Notes under the pieces: model-generated
Database searches by the model: none
The model's input: the letters and a program-made list of their open reading frames with translations, nothing else
What the model was told of the DNA's origin: nothing
Virus record (IMG/VR): IMGVR_UViG_3300037422_000060
Coordinates: 1 to 31,304 of that record
Source: a virus
Taxonomy: Duplodnaviria > Caudoviricetes
DNA length: 31,304 bases
Direction: 5' to 3' (one strand)
Made by a program: the position numbers and the translations under genes
In this document: in pieces, positions 16,620-26,352 of the stretch
How positions within the stretch are numbered: position 1 is the first letter of the stretch
How the letters are laid out: every line of letters begins with the position of its first letter

Positions 16620-17072
16620 TCAAACTGTCGGACGGTTCTCGGTGGGGTATTCGGTGGAGACGCGAAGGAACACGCTGTGCGCGCGCAGGTTGTTCGCGTC
16701 AGTCCCGGTCGGGACTACCCCGCCGGAAGTGGATTGACTGTCCGATAGCCAGACACCTTCCTCGTTGTTTGAGTCGGGTAGGGCTACGTAACTCAGCCCG
16801 TTCAACATGCTGTATATCTCGATGGCCTTAGCGCGACTCGTGTCCGCGTTTCTATCTCCGCGGACACGAATCTCAATCAAGCACTCTTCCCATGGCTGTC
16901 CCGGGAATGACTCACCGCCCGGACGCTTAAAGAGCGTAATTGTTCGCTCAGGTGAAGACGGTTCAAAGTCCAGGAAGATCCCCCAGTCTGCACTTTGAAC
17001 TTCATCGGGCGTGTAAATCCCGACGCCTCGACCGGTGAGGTATCCGGCAAGCCCATCCAAGATGTGCGCCAC
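16620..17072 (-). CDS. Tail terminator protein
   Basis: Directly upstream of the tail tube gene. Carries IEIRVRG and GTDANNLRAHS motifs. Confidence 0.75.
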   Translation of the reverse strand: MAHILDGLAGYLTGRGVGIYTPDEVQSADWGIFLDFEPSSPERTITLFKRPGGESFPGQPWEECLIEIRVRGDRNADTSRAKAIEIYSMLNGLSYVALPDSNNEEGVWLSDSQSTSGGVVPTGTDANNLRAHSVFLRVSTEYPTENRPTV

Positions 17073-17073
17073 G

Positions 17074-17442
17074 TTACCCCCTCAGCGCTCTACGGATACC
17101 GGCGGCAATAAGTCGCTCCATCGCCCGTCGGTTCTCATTGTATGAGTCCTGTAGATACTTAGCTTTGCGTCCCGGATCGTGGCGCCAAGTCACCTCTTCA
17201 TGCTGACGTAGTGCGTACACCGTGTCGTAGGACACTGCCGCCGATTCGGCACCAAGGCGCGTCTCCACTGACACTTTGCCCGTAGCGGAAAGGATGCCTT
17301 CCTCGTACGGAACAACCTGCGTGCTCTGGGCTAGTAAGTGCTCGGTAGCGTTACGTAATCCCTTGATCGCGCCCGATCGCTCACGCGCATGTGCCATACG
17401 GGCATGGATACGTAAACGCGTAACCTTAAGCTGGACCCCCAT
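17074..17442 (-). CDS. Neck / tail-completion protein (HK97 gp10-like)
   Basis: VPYEEGIL..TG...VSYDTVYALRQHE...HDPGRKAKYL motif. Confidence 0.82.
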   Translation of the reverse strand: MGVQLKVTRLRIHARMAHARERSGAIKGLRNATEHLLAQSTQVVPYEEGILSATGKVSVETRLGAESAAVSYDTVYALRQHEEVTWRHDPGRKAKYLQDSYNENRRAMERLIAAGIRRALRG

Positions 17443-17454
17443 ATGGCACCCCCA

Positions 17455-17811
17455 TCACGGACGCGCGTCAACCGCAACAATCGTCACGGACGCGTCAGCG
17501 CCAGAGTAGTTGATATGCAGGTTCCCGTCCGACTGGCGGAACTCTGGCCCAAATGGACCAATTAGCCTGTGCTTTGTCGCAGGCACCGTGGTTGCCGCGT
17601 CGCCAATGGCGAGCCCCGAACGCCCAACGGTGCCAGGGGTCGGCACGGTAACCGTGAGGGACGTGTCATCACCGTTCAGAACCCAGAGCATGAGGTTTGC
17701 GTGCCATGGGACGTAGTTCCCGTCCGTCAGGTTAGCGACAGCGTCAACTGCCTCTAGGTCCACTCCGGTCTCCAGGCCTCGCGTTGGGGTGGCGAGCGCG
17801 GTACGTGCCAT
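17455..17811 (-). CDS. Hypothetical virion-associated beta-rich protein
   Basis: Translationally coupled within the head-tail region. Beta-strand-rich sequence (VTVPTPGTV, LIGPF). Confidence 0.7.
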   Translation of the reverse strand: MARTALATPTRGLETGVDLEAVDAVANLTDGNYVPWHANLMLWVLNGDDTSLTVTVPTPGTVGRSGLAIGDAATTVPATKHRLIGPFGPEFRQSDGNLHINYSGADASVTIVAVDARP

Positions 17812-18029
17812 TACTTAACCTTGCCTTTCGTGGTTGTCTTGCTCTTGTCATCGGAGGGAAGATTGATGGTTTCTATTTTCTTGTCCTGTGGTGCGTCATC
17901 CTCCGCCCCGACGGGCGCCATTCCGGGCTGCCGGACCCAATTCGGATCGACGGCAACCCGCTTGTCCTCATAGCTTCCGGGGACAGTACGCTTGCGCTCT
18001 GCCGTGTGCTTATGAATGTAAAGTGGCAC
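17811..18029 (-). CDS. Hypothetical protein (72 aa)
   Basis: GAGGAAG upstream of GTG. The stop overlaps the next start. Confidence 0.65.
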   Translation of the reverse strand: MPLYIHKHTAERKRTVPGSYEDKRVAVDPNWVRQPGMAPVGAEDDAPQDKKIETINLPSDDKSKTTTKGKVK

Positions 18030-18041
18030 GACTTCCTCTCT

Positions 18042-18368
18042 CTACTTGATTTGCACTTCTACGTGCGAAGGAAGGTCTAGCCCATGTGCATCTAGGGTTT
18101 CCACCTCGCTGCACACATACTCAATCGTGTTGATTGTTACGCGCGAGCGTACGGGGCAGACCATGGTGAATGGACCGCACACATACGTAGATGAAGTAAC
18201 TAGCTCTCCATCCTTATGTGCTGCCTCTTTGCGTGTTGCATCCACAAAGCACCTAGGGTACGTGGTCGGCTGCCCGTAGATAGCCCCGTTCGGAGAATCA
18301 CCTAGGTACGGTTCAATGATCACAGGAACAGGTTCAGGTATCAAGTCCATGAAGTCGTCCCACGTCAT
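18042..18368 (-). CDS. Head-tail stopper / head-closure protein
   Basis: Probable start MTWDD (ATGA overlap with the adaptor gene). EPYLG...G..YG and PSHVEV motifs. Confidence 0.8.
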   Translation of the reverse strand: MTWDDFMDLIPEPVPVIIEPYLGDSPNGAIYGQPTTYPRCFVDATRKEAAHKDGELVTSSTYVCGPFTMVCPVRSRVTINTIEYVCSEVETLDAHGLDLPSHVEVQIK

Positions 18369-18811
18369 GGTGCTTGTGGTTCCTGTCCGGTTAGGCCGGC
18401 ATCCCATAAGACTTGCCATGCACTGTCAGATAGCCGTGCAGTGCGGGATGTTCCGATGCCGTGAGCGCCAGTGTCGCGCTTGTCCACTTTAAGGCGCCCG
18501 ATGCTGAATCCGGCGCCAACGGATAACGATCCGCTCCCCTTTTTGTCTCCATCCTCTAGCATGGAGGCAATCTCTTCACACGTAGCCTCACGAAACGCCG
18601 CGACACACTCCGGACTGGTTGGGAGCCCCTGCGCGTTCACTTCATAAACGGCAGTCATAGTCGCGCGCCTAATGCGCCTACTAGCGCGCTTGAGTAACTG
18701 ATCGGCATTTGCAGGCGTGAACCCCAGGAAGTCCCCTAGTTCAAGTGCGCTCGCGAACGGGAGCAAGGGATTTACGGGCGCGGTAACGGTAACGGGCACG
18801 TACGCGGGCAT
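18365..18811 (-). CDS. Head-to-tail adaptor
   Basis: LLKRASRRIR...REATCE...FSIG...AWQVLWDAGL motifs and a GGAGG RBS. Confidence 0.85.
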   Translation of the reverse strand: MPAYVPVTVTAPVNPLLPFASALELGDFLGFTPANADQLLKRASRRIRRATMTAVYEVNAQGLPTSPECVAAFREATCEEIASMLEDGDKKGSGSLSVGAGFSIGRLKVDKRDTGAHGIGTSRTARLSDSAWQVLWDAGLTGQEPQAP

Positions 18812-18827
18812 GTGCGCCTCCCTTGTG

Positions 18828-18867
18828 GCGCGCCCACCCGGACGAGAGGTGAACCGGGTGGGCGCGC
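18828..18867 (-). terminator. GC-rich hairpin after the capsid genes (attenuator or mRNA stabiliser)
   Basis: Perfect 14-bp stem GCGCGCCCACCCGG/CCGGGTGGGCGCGC with no U-tract. Confidence 0.6.
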
Positions 18868-18899
18868 GCTCACAGGTCGAACTACGTTGGTTCGTAAAC

Positions 18900-19481
18900 C
18901 TACGTCAGTTCAACGTACGGGACAAAGAGCTTTGCCGTAGGAGTGGCAATCGTGGCGGGCGCAGTGTCCGTCAGGGAAGACCCTGACGACTGCGCAAGCG
19001 TGGGCTCCCCCGTCGTCATACTCGGCGCACCGAGCGCACCGAGAAGGGTCGGGACGGCCGTGGCCTTCACCATCAATCCCACACGGTAGAGACCGGACTT
19101 GGTGATACGCTGGGCGGTAGCGAGCGCCGCGCCAAACGCAGTCTTGGCGGCAATCGCCGTAGAGGTCTGATCGGCGCTCTGTGCCATTTTCACACCAGCA
19201 GTGTCATACAGGGCGACCCACCAATTCGTAGGCGTGTCCGCCGCAGTGTTTCCTGAAACAAACTTGATGTTTGTAATCAGGTCACCCTCAGCAAGCGGAA
19301 CCGCAACATTGGTCATCACCTGAGTGGTGAGCGCCCCGTGATTCGTGTCGCCTGCGCTGTCAGCGAGCGGAGAACGCGGAAGGTTGCGCCGCACAAACAG
19401 TGACGGATTCGTAGGCTCGTGTGCGTCCAGCCAACCCAGAATATCGCGCGGGTTTCGGGTAGCAAGTCCGAGTGTCGTCAC
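18900..19481 (-). CDS. Hypothetical virion protein (possible capsid decoration)
   Basis: Coupled downstream of the capsid genes and upstream of the hairpin. Ala/Thr-rich and beta-rich. Confidence 0.65.
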   Translation of the reverse strand: MTTLGLATRNPRDILGWLDAHEPTNPSLFVRRNLPRSPLADSAGDTNHGALTTQVMTNVAVPLAEGDLITNIKFVSGNTAADTPTNWWVALYDTAGVKMAQSADQTSTAIAAKTAFGAALATAQRITKSGLYRVGLMVKATAVPTLLGALGAPSMTTGEPTLAQSSGSSLTDTAPATIATPTAKLFVPYVELT

Positions 19482-19792
19482 TTGGTCACCCCCTTTGCGT
19501 TTGTCGTAGTGGACTTGCCGTCCGGCGCCTTATCCGGAGTGGACTTCTTAGCGGGAGGGGAAGGGTCCCCGTCCGGCGGATCGAGAGCCTGAGCGCCGTC
19601 GAGACTCTCGGTCGCGCGCTCCGGATTCTCGGCCGCGTCGCGCGAAGGCTCTACCTGGTATCCCGCCTTACGGAAGTACGCGAGCGCGGCTCGATGCGTT
19701 TCGCTGTTTACGGTTGCGCGACCCACATCGAACGAGACGTCGCACACTTTGCCGCTGACAGGTTCAGGAGAGCGAACGATGTAAATGGTCAT
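19478..19792 (-). CDS. Hypothetical protein following the major capsid gene
   Basis: Probable start MTIYIV overlaps the capsid stop (TGATG). ALAYFRKAGYQVE motif. Confidence 0.75.
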   Translation of the reverse strand: MTIYIVRSPEPVSGKVCDVSFDVGRATVNSETHRAALAYFRKAGYQVEPSRDAAENPERATESLDGAQALDPPDGDPSPPAKKSTPDKAPDGKSTTTNAKGVTK

Positions 19793-20853
19793 CACTGCAC
19801 CTTGACCTTTCGCAGAACCGCGCACGAAAGCGTGTTCTTGAGGACAAGCGCGGACGGGCCAAACTCGACCTCGCCCGTCTTGATCGCGCCCGAAACTGAG
19901 AAGTCGGGCAGCCAAACCTCAGTCAGTGGCTTGCCGGCCACGCTCGCGCCATGGAGCGCGTCCAGGCCAAACGTCACCGCATACAGGTCGGTAAGGCCCG
20001 TGATAGTGCCACCGCCACCCGCCTCGTCCGCGTCCGTCGAGTAGATAGAAACGATCGGATCGGCACCACGCATACCGTAGCCCGCGTCAATCAGGGTCCA
20101 CCCGTTGTACTGCTCAACCCGGCGACCAACGTCGTCGCGCGTGATGGTGTAGTTGCCGGCCCATCGGGCGAGCGAGCGAATACGGGTCATCATCTTGGTG
20201 TTACCAATGAGCGCCCTTTCGCCCGGCGGCAAAGAGCCCTGCACACCCAGGTCCCCACCACCAACCTTGGAGGGAGTTACGTTGGCAAGCATTCCATCAA
20301 TGTGCTCAAGCGCAGCAATCGCGAGCGCCTGAGTGTTGATGGTCACCTGACGCCAGTCAAGATAGCCGGCCGTAACTCCGTAGTCCAGGGGGTCATACTC
20401 GGTGGTCGTGCCCGTGAGAGTCTTATTCAGACCATCAAACCCGTTCGCGTCGACTGCTGTATCGCCGTTGACAAGTTCCTCAATCCACTTCTGGTTGACA
20501 GCGGTGAGGAGTTGCTGCATTTGAAATGTGATCTCGTTCGTGCGCTGCTGACCGAGGTTCGCGAGAACGCGATCGATCGTGAACGCACCACCGTGCGGCT
20601 TGAGGTCAACGGTGTACCGCTGGCGACTAGCCTGACCGGGCACGTACTCTGAGTTCAGCGCACGGAACGCGGCAGTGCGAGGAGTAATGAGGCGCGTATA
20701 TCCGTAAGTGAGATTCGCGCCGCCGGTTGGGTTGACTACATCGTCAAAGACGATGCGGTCCATGATCCAGGAATAACGACGCAGGGTGTCAATGACTTCG
20801 AAGGCCACATCATCCTGCGTGTTCACCTGAGCTTGAGCGAGAGTGATTGCCAC
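19792..20853 (-). CDS. Major capsid protein
   Basis: MAITLAQA..., LTYGYTR, AAFRALNSEY, GGAFTIDRV, NGD...NGFDGL and KTGEVE motifs, with a strong AAAGGAG RBS. Confidence 0.93.
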   Translation of the reverse strand: MAITLAQAQVNTQDDVAFEVIDTLRRYSWIMDRIVFDDVVNPTGGANLTYGYTRLITPRTAAFRALNSEYVPGQASRQRYTVDLKPHGGAFTIDRVLANLGQQRTNEITFQMQQLLTAVNQKWIEELVNGDTAVDANGFDGLNKTLTGTTTEYDPLDYGVTAGYLDWRQVTINTQALAIAALEHIDGMLANVTPSKVGGGDLGVQGSLPPGERALIGNTKMMTRIRSLARWAGNYTITRDDVGRRVEQYNGWTLIDAGYGMRGADPIVSIYSTDADEAGGGGTITGLTDLYAVTFGLDALHGASVAGKPLTEVWLPDFSVSGAIKTGEVEFGPSALVLKNTLSCAVLRKVKVQ

Positions 20854-20893
20854 ATCCCACTCCTTTCAGTCAGAATGAATTTTGGATGCTAGC

Positions 20894-21589
20894 TCAGGTA
20901 CCAATCGCGTCGTTAATTGCTCCGCTTAGGCCCTTGCGCTTACGTCCGGGGTTATCGCCCGTGTGGTCAGTCCCCATGCGCCGCTTGCTCGTGCTCTTGC
21001 TGTCGGTGCTCGCGAAACGCGGGTTATCCCTGATTGTCTGCTTGACAATCTTGTCAACCTCAGTGGCGTAGTCGTCGTCATCCATGTCAAGCTCATCGAG
21101 CTTCTTCATGAACGACGTGGAATCGCGAAGTTCATCGAGAATTCCACCGTGCTTGTGCGCTGCCATAGTGAGGGTGTTGTCACGCATAAGCTGTGCAATG
21201 CGCGCATCCTTCACGGCGAGCGCGGCCGTAGCCTCTTCAGCTACCTTCGTTGGATCCTGACTCGGGTCCAGCTTGAGGCCGAGCGCAATGGCTAGCTTCT
21301 CGCGAAAGTCCGCACTTTCCTTGTTAGCCTTGTCAAGGCTTTCCTTGAGCTTTGCGATTTCCTTCTTTGAACGTTGCTCGCCCTTGCGTGCGGCACTTAC
21401 CGCGCGCTCGGCGCGAGCCTGATCATACTCGCCCTTGAACTTTACGTTTCCTTCGACATCTTCGACATCTTCGACGCCCTCGTCGTCGCTCGGCAGATCG
21501 GTTGGGCCATTATCGGGCTCGCCCGGGGCATCCCTAAGTGCGGGACCGAAGCGAAGAACTGGGCCAGTGAAGGTCCTACGCGGACGCAT
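20894..21589 (-). CDS. Capsid scaffolding protein
   Basis: Acidic N-terminus, coiled coil and DSTSF motif. Immediately upstream of the capsid gene. Confidence 0.85.
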   Translation of the reverse strand: MRPRRTFTGPVLRFGPALRDAPGEPDNGPTDLPSDDEGVEDVEDVEGNVKFKGEYDQARAERAVSAARKGEQRSKKEIAKLKESLDKANKESADFREKLAIALGLKLDPSQDPTKVAEEATAALAVKDARIAQLMRDNTLTMAAHKHGGILDELRDSTSFMKKLDELDMDDDDYATEVDKIVKQTIRDNPRFASTDSKSTSKRRMGTDHTGDNPGRKRKGLSGAINDAIGT

Positions 21590-21610
21590 AACGCCCCCTC
21601 TCTATGCAAC

Positions 21611-22717
21611 CTAAGCGCGCTCGCGCTTAGGCAATTGCTCACGTTGGCGCTGCCGCAGTAGTCCGGTGCGCTCCGTGTGCAGGGCAATGGCGCTTTGCCA
21701 CTCCCGTACTTTCTTCTTTGCGCTTGTGCTGGCTTCGGGTGTCAGTGCACCCGCTTCGCGCATCTTCCACTTGCGCACGCCGCGCTCTAGTCTGCGCAGT
21801 TCTTGGCGTGCCGCATCCCCTTTTGGGTTTGCCGTATCATGCAGTGGCTTGGTGACGCCAGGAAGATAGGCCACTACCCGGTGCCCACAGTTGGGGTGTA
21901 GTAGTCCGGCCGCTATAGCTTCGGTTAGGGTCCCCGCAATGCGAACACTGACATACTCACCGTCAACGGTCGCGTGCTCCATCCGCACCTTGCGGGCACC
22001 GGACAGACCCGTAAGCGCCAGTAGTTGGCCTTCCCACGGGCGACACAAGATGCACTCTTGTGGCGTATCACTGACTTGTACAATCTCCACACCGTTCTGA
22101 GCAAGGGTAGCCGAGTGTGCTTCCACTGTGGCCTGCACAATGCTTGTTCGCGTAGCCATTTCGACGTAAGCACTCAGTGACCAATTGCGCCCCGCGCGGT
22201 CACGGAATCCAGTGACGCCCCGGTCCAGTAACCTGTTCCATGCGCGCTCGCTTGCTTGCCTGCGCGTGAGCGCGCCTAGAAGTGTCGTTGCAGCGTATGT
22301 GCCGACCACCGTGCGGTATGCGTCCAGGGACCACCGTAAAACGGGCAACCGCGTACCCTGCATGAGGGTAACGAGACTCTGAGTGATGGTGGCCACGGCA
22401 GGCGCGTTCTTGACCGGCTGAGCCTCCACACCTAGCCCTCTCAGTTCAACGCTGGCAGCCTCCCCGCCCCTGACCCATGCCCTAGCTAGGGCCCGAGCGG
22501 CCACGCCCGTACGGGCGCGCTCAAGGCGTTCATGCAGGTCAGAGACCTGCCGACCGTATGCCCGTAGCTCGGCCAACTTGCGCACTGCCCACATCGGAGT
22601 ACCGAACCCGGCCGTGAGTCTGCGTGCAGTCAAGCGCACTAGCTCTTGCTCTGCGGTCCGATGTAGATTCGCAAGTTCACTGGCTAGATCTAACGCTAGT
22701 CTGCGATCGATTGTCAT
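21611..22717 (-). CDS. Minor capsid protein (MuF/SPP1 gp7-like)
   Basis: FRDRAGRNWSLSAYVEMATRT, C..CRPWEG, GLLHPNCGH and RRLERGVRKWK motifs. Confidence 0.9.
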   Translation of the reverse strand: MTIDRRLALDLASELANLHRTAEQELVRLTARRLTAGFGTPMWAVRKLAELRAYGRQVSDLHERLERARTGVAARALARAWVRGGEAASVELRGLGVEAQPVKNAPAVATITQSLVTLMQGTRLPVLRWSLDAYRTVVGTYAATTLLGALTRRQASERAWNRLLDRGVTGFRDRAGRNWSLSAYVEMATRTSIVQATVEAHSATLAQNGVEIVQVSDTPQECILCRPWEGQLLALTGLSGARKVRMEHATVDGEYVSVRIAGTLTEAIAAGLLHPNCGHRVVAYLPGVTKPLHDTANPKGDAARQELRRLERGVRKWKMREAGALTPEASTSAKKKVREWQSAIALHTERTGLLRQRQREQLPKRERA

Positions 22718-24285
22718 TACTCATCTCCCGTTTCATTGTCCCCTTGCGTCAGGGAACCTTCCATCGGGGGTGGAGCAATGAGTGCTGCCGCCTTTCGCTT
22801 GTCTCCGTCCATGAGTGCGATCTCTTGGTCAATCCGACTCTGCCCCCAATCCGGGTGCACCATGCGAATCTTGGTGTCCTGAGAGATCGCATCTGCCGCA
22901 TCAAGCATTTGCACAGTTCGCGCGATTGTTTCCGGCCCGTCCGAAACAGAGTCACCAAACTCAATTTGGATGTCCTCGGGTGGTGGACCTCCAAACTGGA
23001 TCGCTTCAACCTCAAGTAGGATGCTGATGGCCTCAACGAGTTCCGGATTCCACACCTGTGCGCCACTGTCGCGAGTAACAAAGCTCAAGCGCTCGCGCGC
23101 TTGTGCCTCCGTGGCAGTCATGGCGACTTCGCCCTCTTCGCCGAGGGTCTGAGCAGATAGTCCAGCATGGCGCATGACCATTGCGAAAATCTCATCCGCA
23201 GTAGCCTTATGCTCGGCGTGCCTGATGCTGAACTGCGCGAGCGTAATCGCACCGCCGCTTTCCGCTGGTTCCGCAGTCAGCGCCGTGAACACTTCCCGAT
23301 CGGCATCGAACGTCGCACCGCGCCCCGGACCATTACTCGTGAGCATGTACTCTGGAACTAGAATGCGAGCGCGCGCAAGTCGTAGATCTCGTAGCCAGCT
23401 AGTCCACGTCTCGTCAAGTGCATCAAACCACTGCTCGGCGCCATCGTAATCCGAGTGGCCAAAGTATTTTAGATGGGGTTGCTTGCGCCAGAGCTTTTGT
23501 GTACCCACGTTCGGGACGCGCACTACATCAAGGCGCTTAAGTCCAGTATCCTGACCCCCATCCGAGTCAATGCTCTCTGCTAGGTCCATGCCCATGGGAT
23601 TGTCGGAAAGTGAGATGCGGCGCCCCAACGAATCTGGGGTACCAGAGAACAGCGCATAAGTGATCCGTCCTACTTCATGGTGCTCAAGTAGGCGTATCAC
23701 TTCCCTCCCGTGCCCGTCGTACTGCTCTGTGAAAAAAGTGACCTCAGTTAACTTTCCCCAGCGAAGACGGGGGATGGCGCCATCCGCGTGCACGGGAGCG
23801 AGAAACGCTCGATCCGGGTAGACATCTCTGTCCACGATAGGGCGCAAGTACACATCACCTAGCGCGCTGCATACCTCTGCCGCTCCCGCGACCATTGGTG
23901 CAAATCCATCGTCCATGAGCTGTTCTAGGCGCTCTTGTACCCGGGTTGTGCTCCCGGTCAAAGTGGGCGGTTCGGCGAACAGGAGTGATGCAACGGTTCG
24001 CGACAGGTCCGCCGGCAAGGGCACGTGCAGACGTCCGTCACGCTGTCCTACGGGCGGGGGTGCGCCCCACAGCCACCGCGAAAAGGCGCCAACAACCCCA
24101 CCCGCATACTGACCGGGGCGCGCTCGCAAGCTTGGCCGGACACTGTATGCACTTGTGCCGCGTCCGTTGTATACAGCGCGCAGTCGGTCAGGGTTGCCGA
24201 CGTACCACGCATCCCAATCTCGGTACGCATCATAGGCAAGGGCAACATGTGCGGGTGGCCACGCACCCTCGGTGGGCATTGCCAT
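22717..24285 (-). CDS. Portal protein
   Basis: 522 aa downstream of terL. LHVPLPADL, FGHSDY, DALDETWTSW.RD.RL and TATE motifs. Confidence 0.92.
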   Translation of the reverse strand: MAMPTEGAWPPAHVALAYDAYRDWDAWYVGNPDRLRAVYNGRGTSAYSVRPSLRARPGQYAGGVVGAFSRWLWGAPPPVGQRDGRLHVPLPADLSRTVASLLFAEPPTLTGSTTRVQERLEQLMDDGFAPMVAGAAEVCSALGDVYLRPIVDRDVYPDRAFLAPVHADGAIPRLRWGKLTEVTFFTEQYDGHGREVIRLLEHHEVGRITYALFSGTPDSLGRRISLSDNPMGMDLAESIDSDGGQDTGLKRLDVVRVPNVGTQKLWRKQPHLKYFGHSDYDGAEQWFDALDETWTSWLRDLRLARARILVPEYMLTSNGPGRGATFDADREVFTALTAEPAESGGAITLAQFSIRHAEHKATADEIFAMVMRHAGLSAQTLGEEGEVAMTATEAQARERLSFVTRDSGAQVWNPELVEAISILLEVEAIQFGGPPPEDIQIEFGDSVSDGPETIARTVQMLDAADAISQDTKIRMVHPDWGQSRIDQEIALMDGDKRKAAALIAPPPMEGSLTQGDNETGDE

Positions 24286-24305
24286 TACGCGACCTCCCGA
24301 TACGT

Positions 24306-24548
24306 TCAGTTGCCGGGGCTGTGAATGCGCACCCTGTTGTCACGCGCGAGCGCTGCATTTGCCCACATCATCACTTCTTCTAACTTGGTGATAACAATGG
24401 ACTTCTCGCGGCCGTCCGGAATCTTCTCGTTCAGGAAGTGCGCAAGTTCCCTGCATTGTTCCCGCACGGACCCGTGCGCATTCTGCTTCTCTTCGGTGCC
24501 AGCGGGATGGAAATTGAACCTGTGATCAATATCGGTCGGATGGATCAT
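24306..24548 (-). CDS. Acb2/Tad1-like helical-hairpin protein (putative immune-signal sponge)
   Basis: RFNFHP...HGSVR..C.ELA......PDGREKSIVITKLEEVMMWANAALAR resembles the Tad1-type RE..A.T.LEEA.MW hairpin. GAGGGAG RBS. Confidence 0.7.
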   Translation of the reverse strand: MIHPTDIDHRFNFHPAGTEEKQNAHGSVREQCRELAHFLNEKIPDGREKSIVITKLEEVMMWANAALARDNRVRIHSPGN

Positions 24549-24563
24549 TGCCGCTCCCTCTCG

Positions 24564-25868
24564 TTACTCATCCCATGTTTCCATAAGCGCCGCTGTTCTC
24601 ACGTACGGGCGCCATAGCTGCTGTGTCGTGTGCACCGCGTAGCGCGCCGCATCTAGCGAATGGTCATCAAGCTTGATTGGAACATCCTCACCGCGATCGA
24701 TGACTTTCTTTTCATCCCATGAGTACCCGACTACTTCATTGAGAAAACCGACACATGAGGCATGGAATTTAATGCGACCCTCTGCCATCAACGTAGCAAG
24801 TAGGCGAATACCGTCCATGACGTCCGGCAAGGACGATGTCGGCAATACGCCATCCCGGAACAACTGTGTCTTGAACGACTTTGCGCTCCGGTCAACTACC
24901 CACCACTTAGGCTGAATACCCAGGTCGCTGACCCACTGGCGTAGGTACGCACTGTACTCGCCGTCGGTCAGTGAGCGCTGTCGCTTCTTGCTGTCCCAGC
25001 GCCATTCATTCGTAAAATACAGGCAACCGTCAAGGCCAATTGCCAGGACAAGCGCAGCGAACGGATTGGTTGTTCCATAGTCCACCCCAATAGCCACGTA
25101 CTCGGCAATGTCAGGAAGGTCTTCCACTACGTGGCGTTCGTAGTCAAAAACTTCATACACCGCACCTTCGGCGAGGCACCACTCACCTAGGATCATACGC
25201 CGATACCACAGTCCTTTGTACTGTCTGCGGTAGCGCGCCTTAACCTTCTCGCTAAGTGACGGGTTATCGTCGATTAGGAACTTCCAGCGTTTCCAATCGC
25301 CGTGGTGCCGCTGCCCTTCCCCTAGCTCATCTAGGTAGTTCTTTTTGAGCCAATGCCGGGGGTTGTCCGGGTTGGTGTTTCCGAACAGTTGAGCGCCATC
25401 CAATGAGCAGCGTCCTAGCAACTGCTCATGAAAGCTCTCGGGCATGAGCGACCACTCATCAACGTAGCCACCTGCGCACGTCATACCCCTAAGCCGTGAC
25501 TCCGACCTCTCATCATTGAACGTGATCACTTCTATGGTGCGACCTAGGATTTTCCCCGTGGGTGCGCCGCGCGTGTAGCTAGACGCGCTCGCGAGTGGAC
25601 CGAAAAGTCCTGAGTTCTTAAGGGGATTCCACACGTTCCGGACCGCAGTATCATACGTCTTCGCGCAGACCACTAGGTCACCGTTTATGGGCGCACTGCG
25701 CACAAACTTAAGCCACCGAAGTAGACCGCTCGCCGTCTTGCCTGCCCGAATCGATCCGTCCGCAATGTTGACAAATGCGTCCGAGTCAAGCACATAAGCA
25801 ATTTGCTTGTCCGAGAGCGCGCGGATGGCAGTATCAAGCGGACCCACAGTCACCCGCCCCCGGCTCAT
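24564..25868 (-). CDS. terL: Terminase large subunit (PBSX-type)
   Basis: Walker A DGSIRAGKT, Walker B GYVDE, TNPDNPRHW, and nuclease motifs GVDYGTTNP and DDHSLDAARY. The start is uncertain (25868, 25853 or 25847). Confidence 0.95.
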   Translation of the reverse strand: MSRGRVTVGPLDTAIRALSDKQIAYVLDSDAFVNIADGSIRAGKTASGLLRWLKFVRSAPINGDLVVCAKTYDTAVRNVWNPLKNSGLFGPLASASSYTRGAPTGKILGRTIEVITFNDERSESRLRGMTCAGGYVDEWSLMPESFHEQLLGRCSLDGAQLFGNTNPDNPRHWLKKNYLDELGEGQRHHGDWKRWKFLIDDNPSLSEKVKARYRRQYKGLWYRRMILGEWCLAEGAVYEVFDYERHVVEDLPDIAEYVAIGVDYGTTNPFAALVLAIGLDGCLYFTNEWRWDSKKRQRSLTDGEYSAYLRQWVSDLGIQPKWWVVDRSAKSFKTQLFRDGVLPTSSLPDVMDGIRLLATLMAEGRIKFHASCVGFLNEVVGYSWDEKKVIDRGEDVPIKLDDHSLDAARYAVHTTQQLWRPYVRTAALMETWDE

Positions 25869-26352
25869 CGCGCAAACGGCGCACGACGCGAAGTTCCTCA
25901 AACAAGTTGTCAATCATGGACTCTTGTCCAGAATTCGCCGCAGCCTTATCGAGCTCGGCCAACCGCGAAGACGCGAGGATCAGCGCCTGTACTCCATTTG
26001 CTAGCGCGCGCTTATCCGCGTTTGGCGGTTCCTCGTGCGTCTCTTCAGCGTATGTGTTGTCCTTGCCCCCAAAGTTGAACACTCGCGTGGGCGCTCGCAT
26101 GTCGTTCAGCATGCGCTCTGCCTCTTCTAGTAGTTCAACCTGTAGGCGCGCACGCTTGTGTGCCGCGTCGGCCACTAGGGCACTTGTAGCCCTCATTGTG
26201 CGGGAGTTGTCGAACACGAGCCCTAGGCGTGCGGCATGGATGCTGATTGTTCCGGCGGGGCGCCCCATGCGCCGCGCGATTTCATTACACCCGTGCCCTT
26301 CGCCGTGAAGGCGCTGGATTTCGTCCAGATCTTCCAGGGTAACAGGTCTCAT
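25834..26352 (-). CDS. terS: Terminase small subunit (N-terminal HTH)
   Basis: GCNEIARRMGRPAGTIS HTH and VFNFGGKDNTY motif. Directly upstream of terL. Confidence 0.8.
   Translation of the reverse strand: MRPVTLEDLDEIQRLHGEGHGCNEIARRMGRPAGTISIHAARLGLVFDNSRTMRATSALVADAAHKRARLQVELLEEAERMLNDMRAPTRVFNFGGKDNTYAEETHEEPPNADKRALANGVQALILASSRLAELDKAAANSGQESMIDNLFEELRVVRRLRDEPGAGDCGSA

Noticed and set aside
19951-20652. 233-aa plus-strand ORF opposite the major capsid gene
   Set aside because: It is a shadow ORF caused by the codon bias of the capsid gene.
21451-21476. 9-bp repeat CTTCGACAT x~3
   Set aside because: It encodes an acidic VEDVEDVE stretch in the scaffold's disordered N-terminus, which is ordinary.
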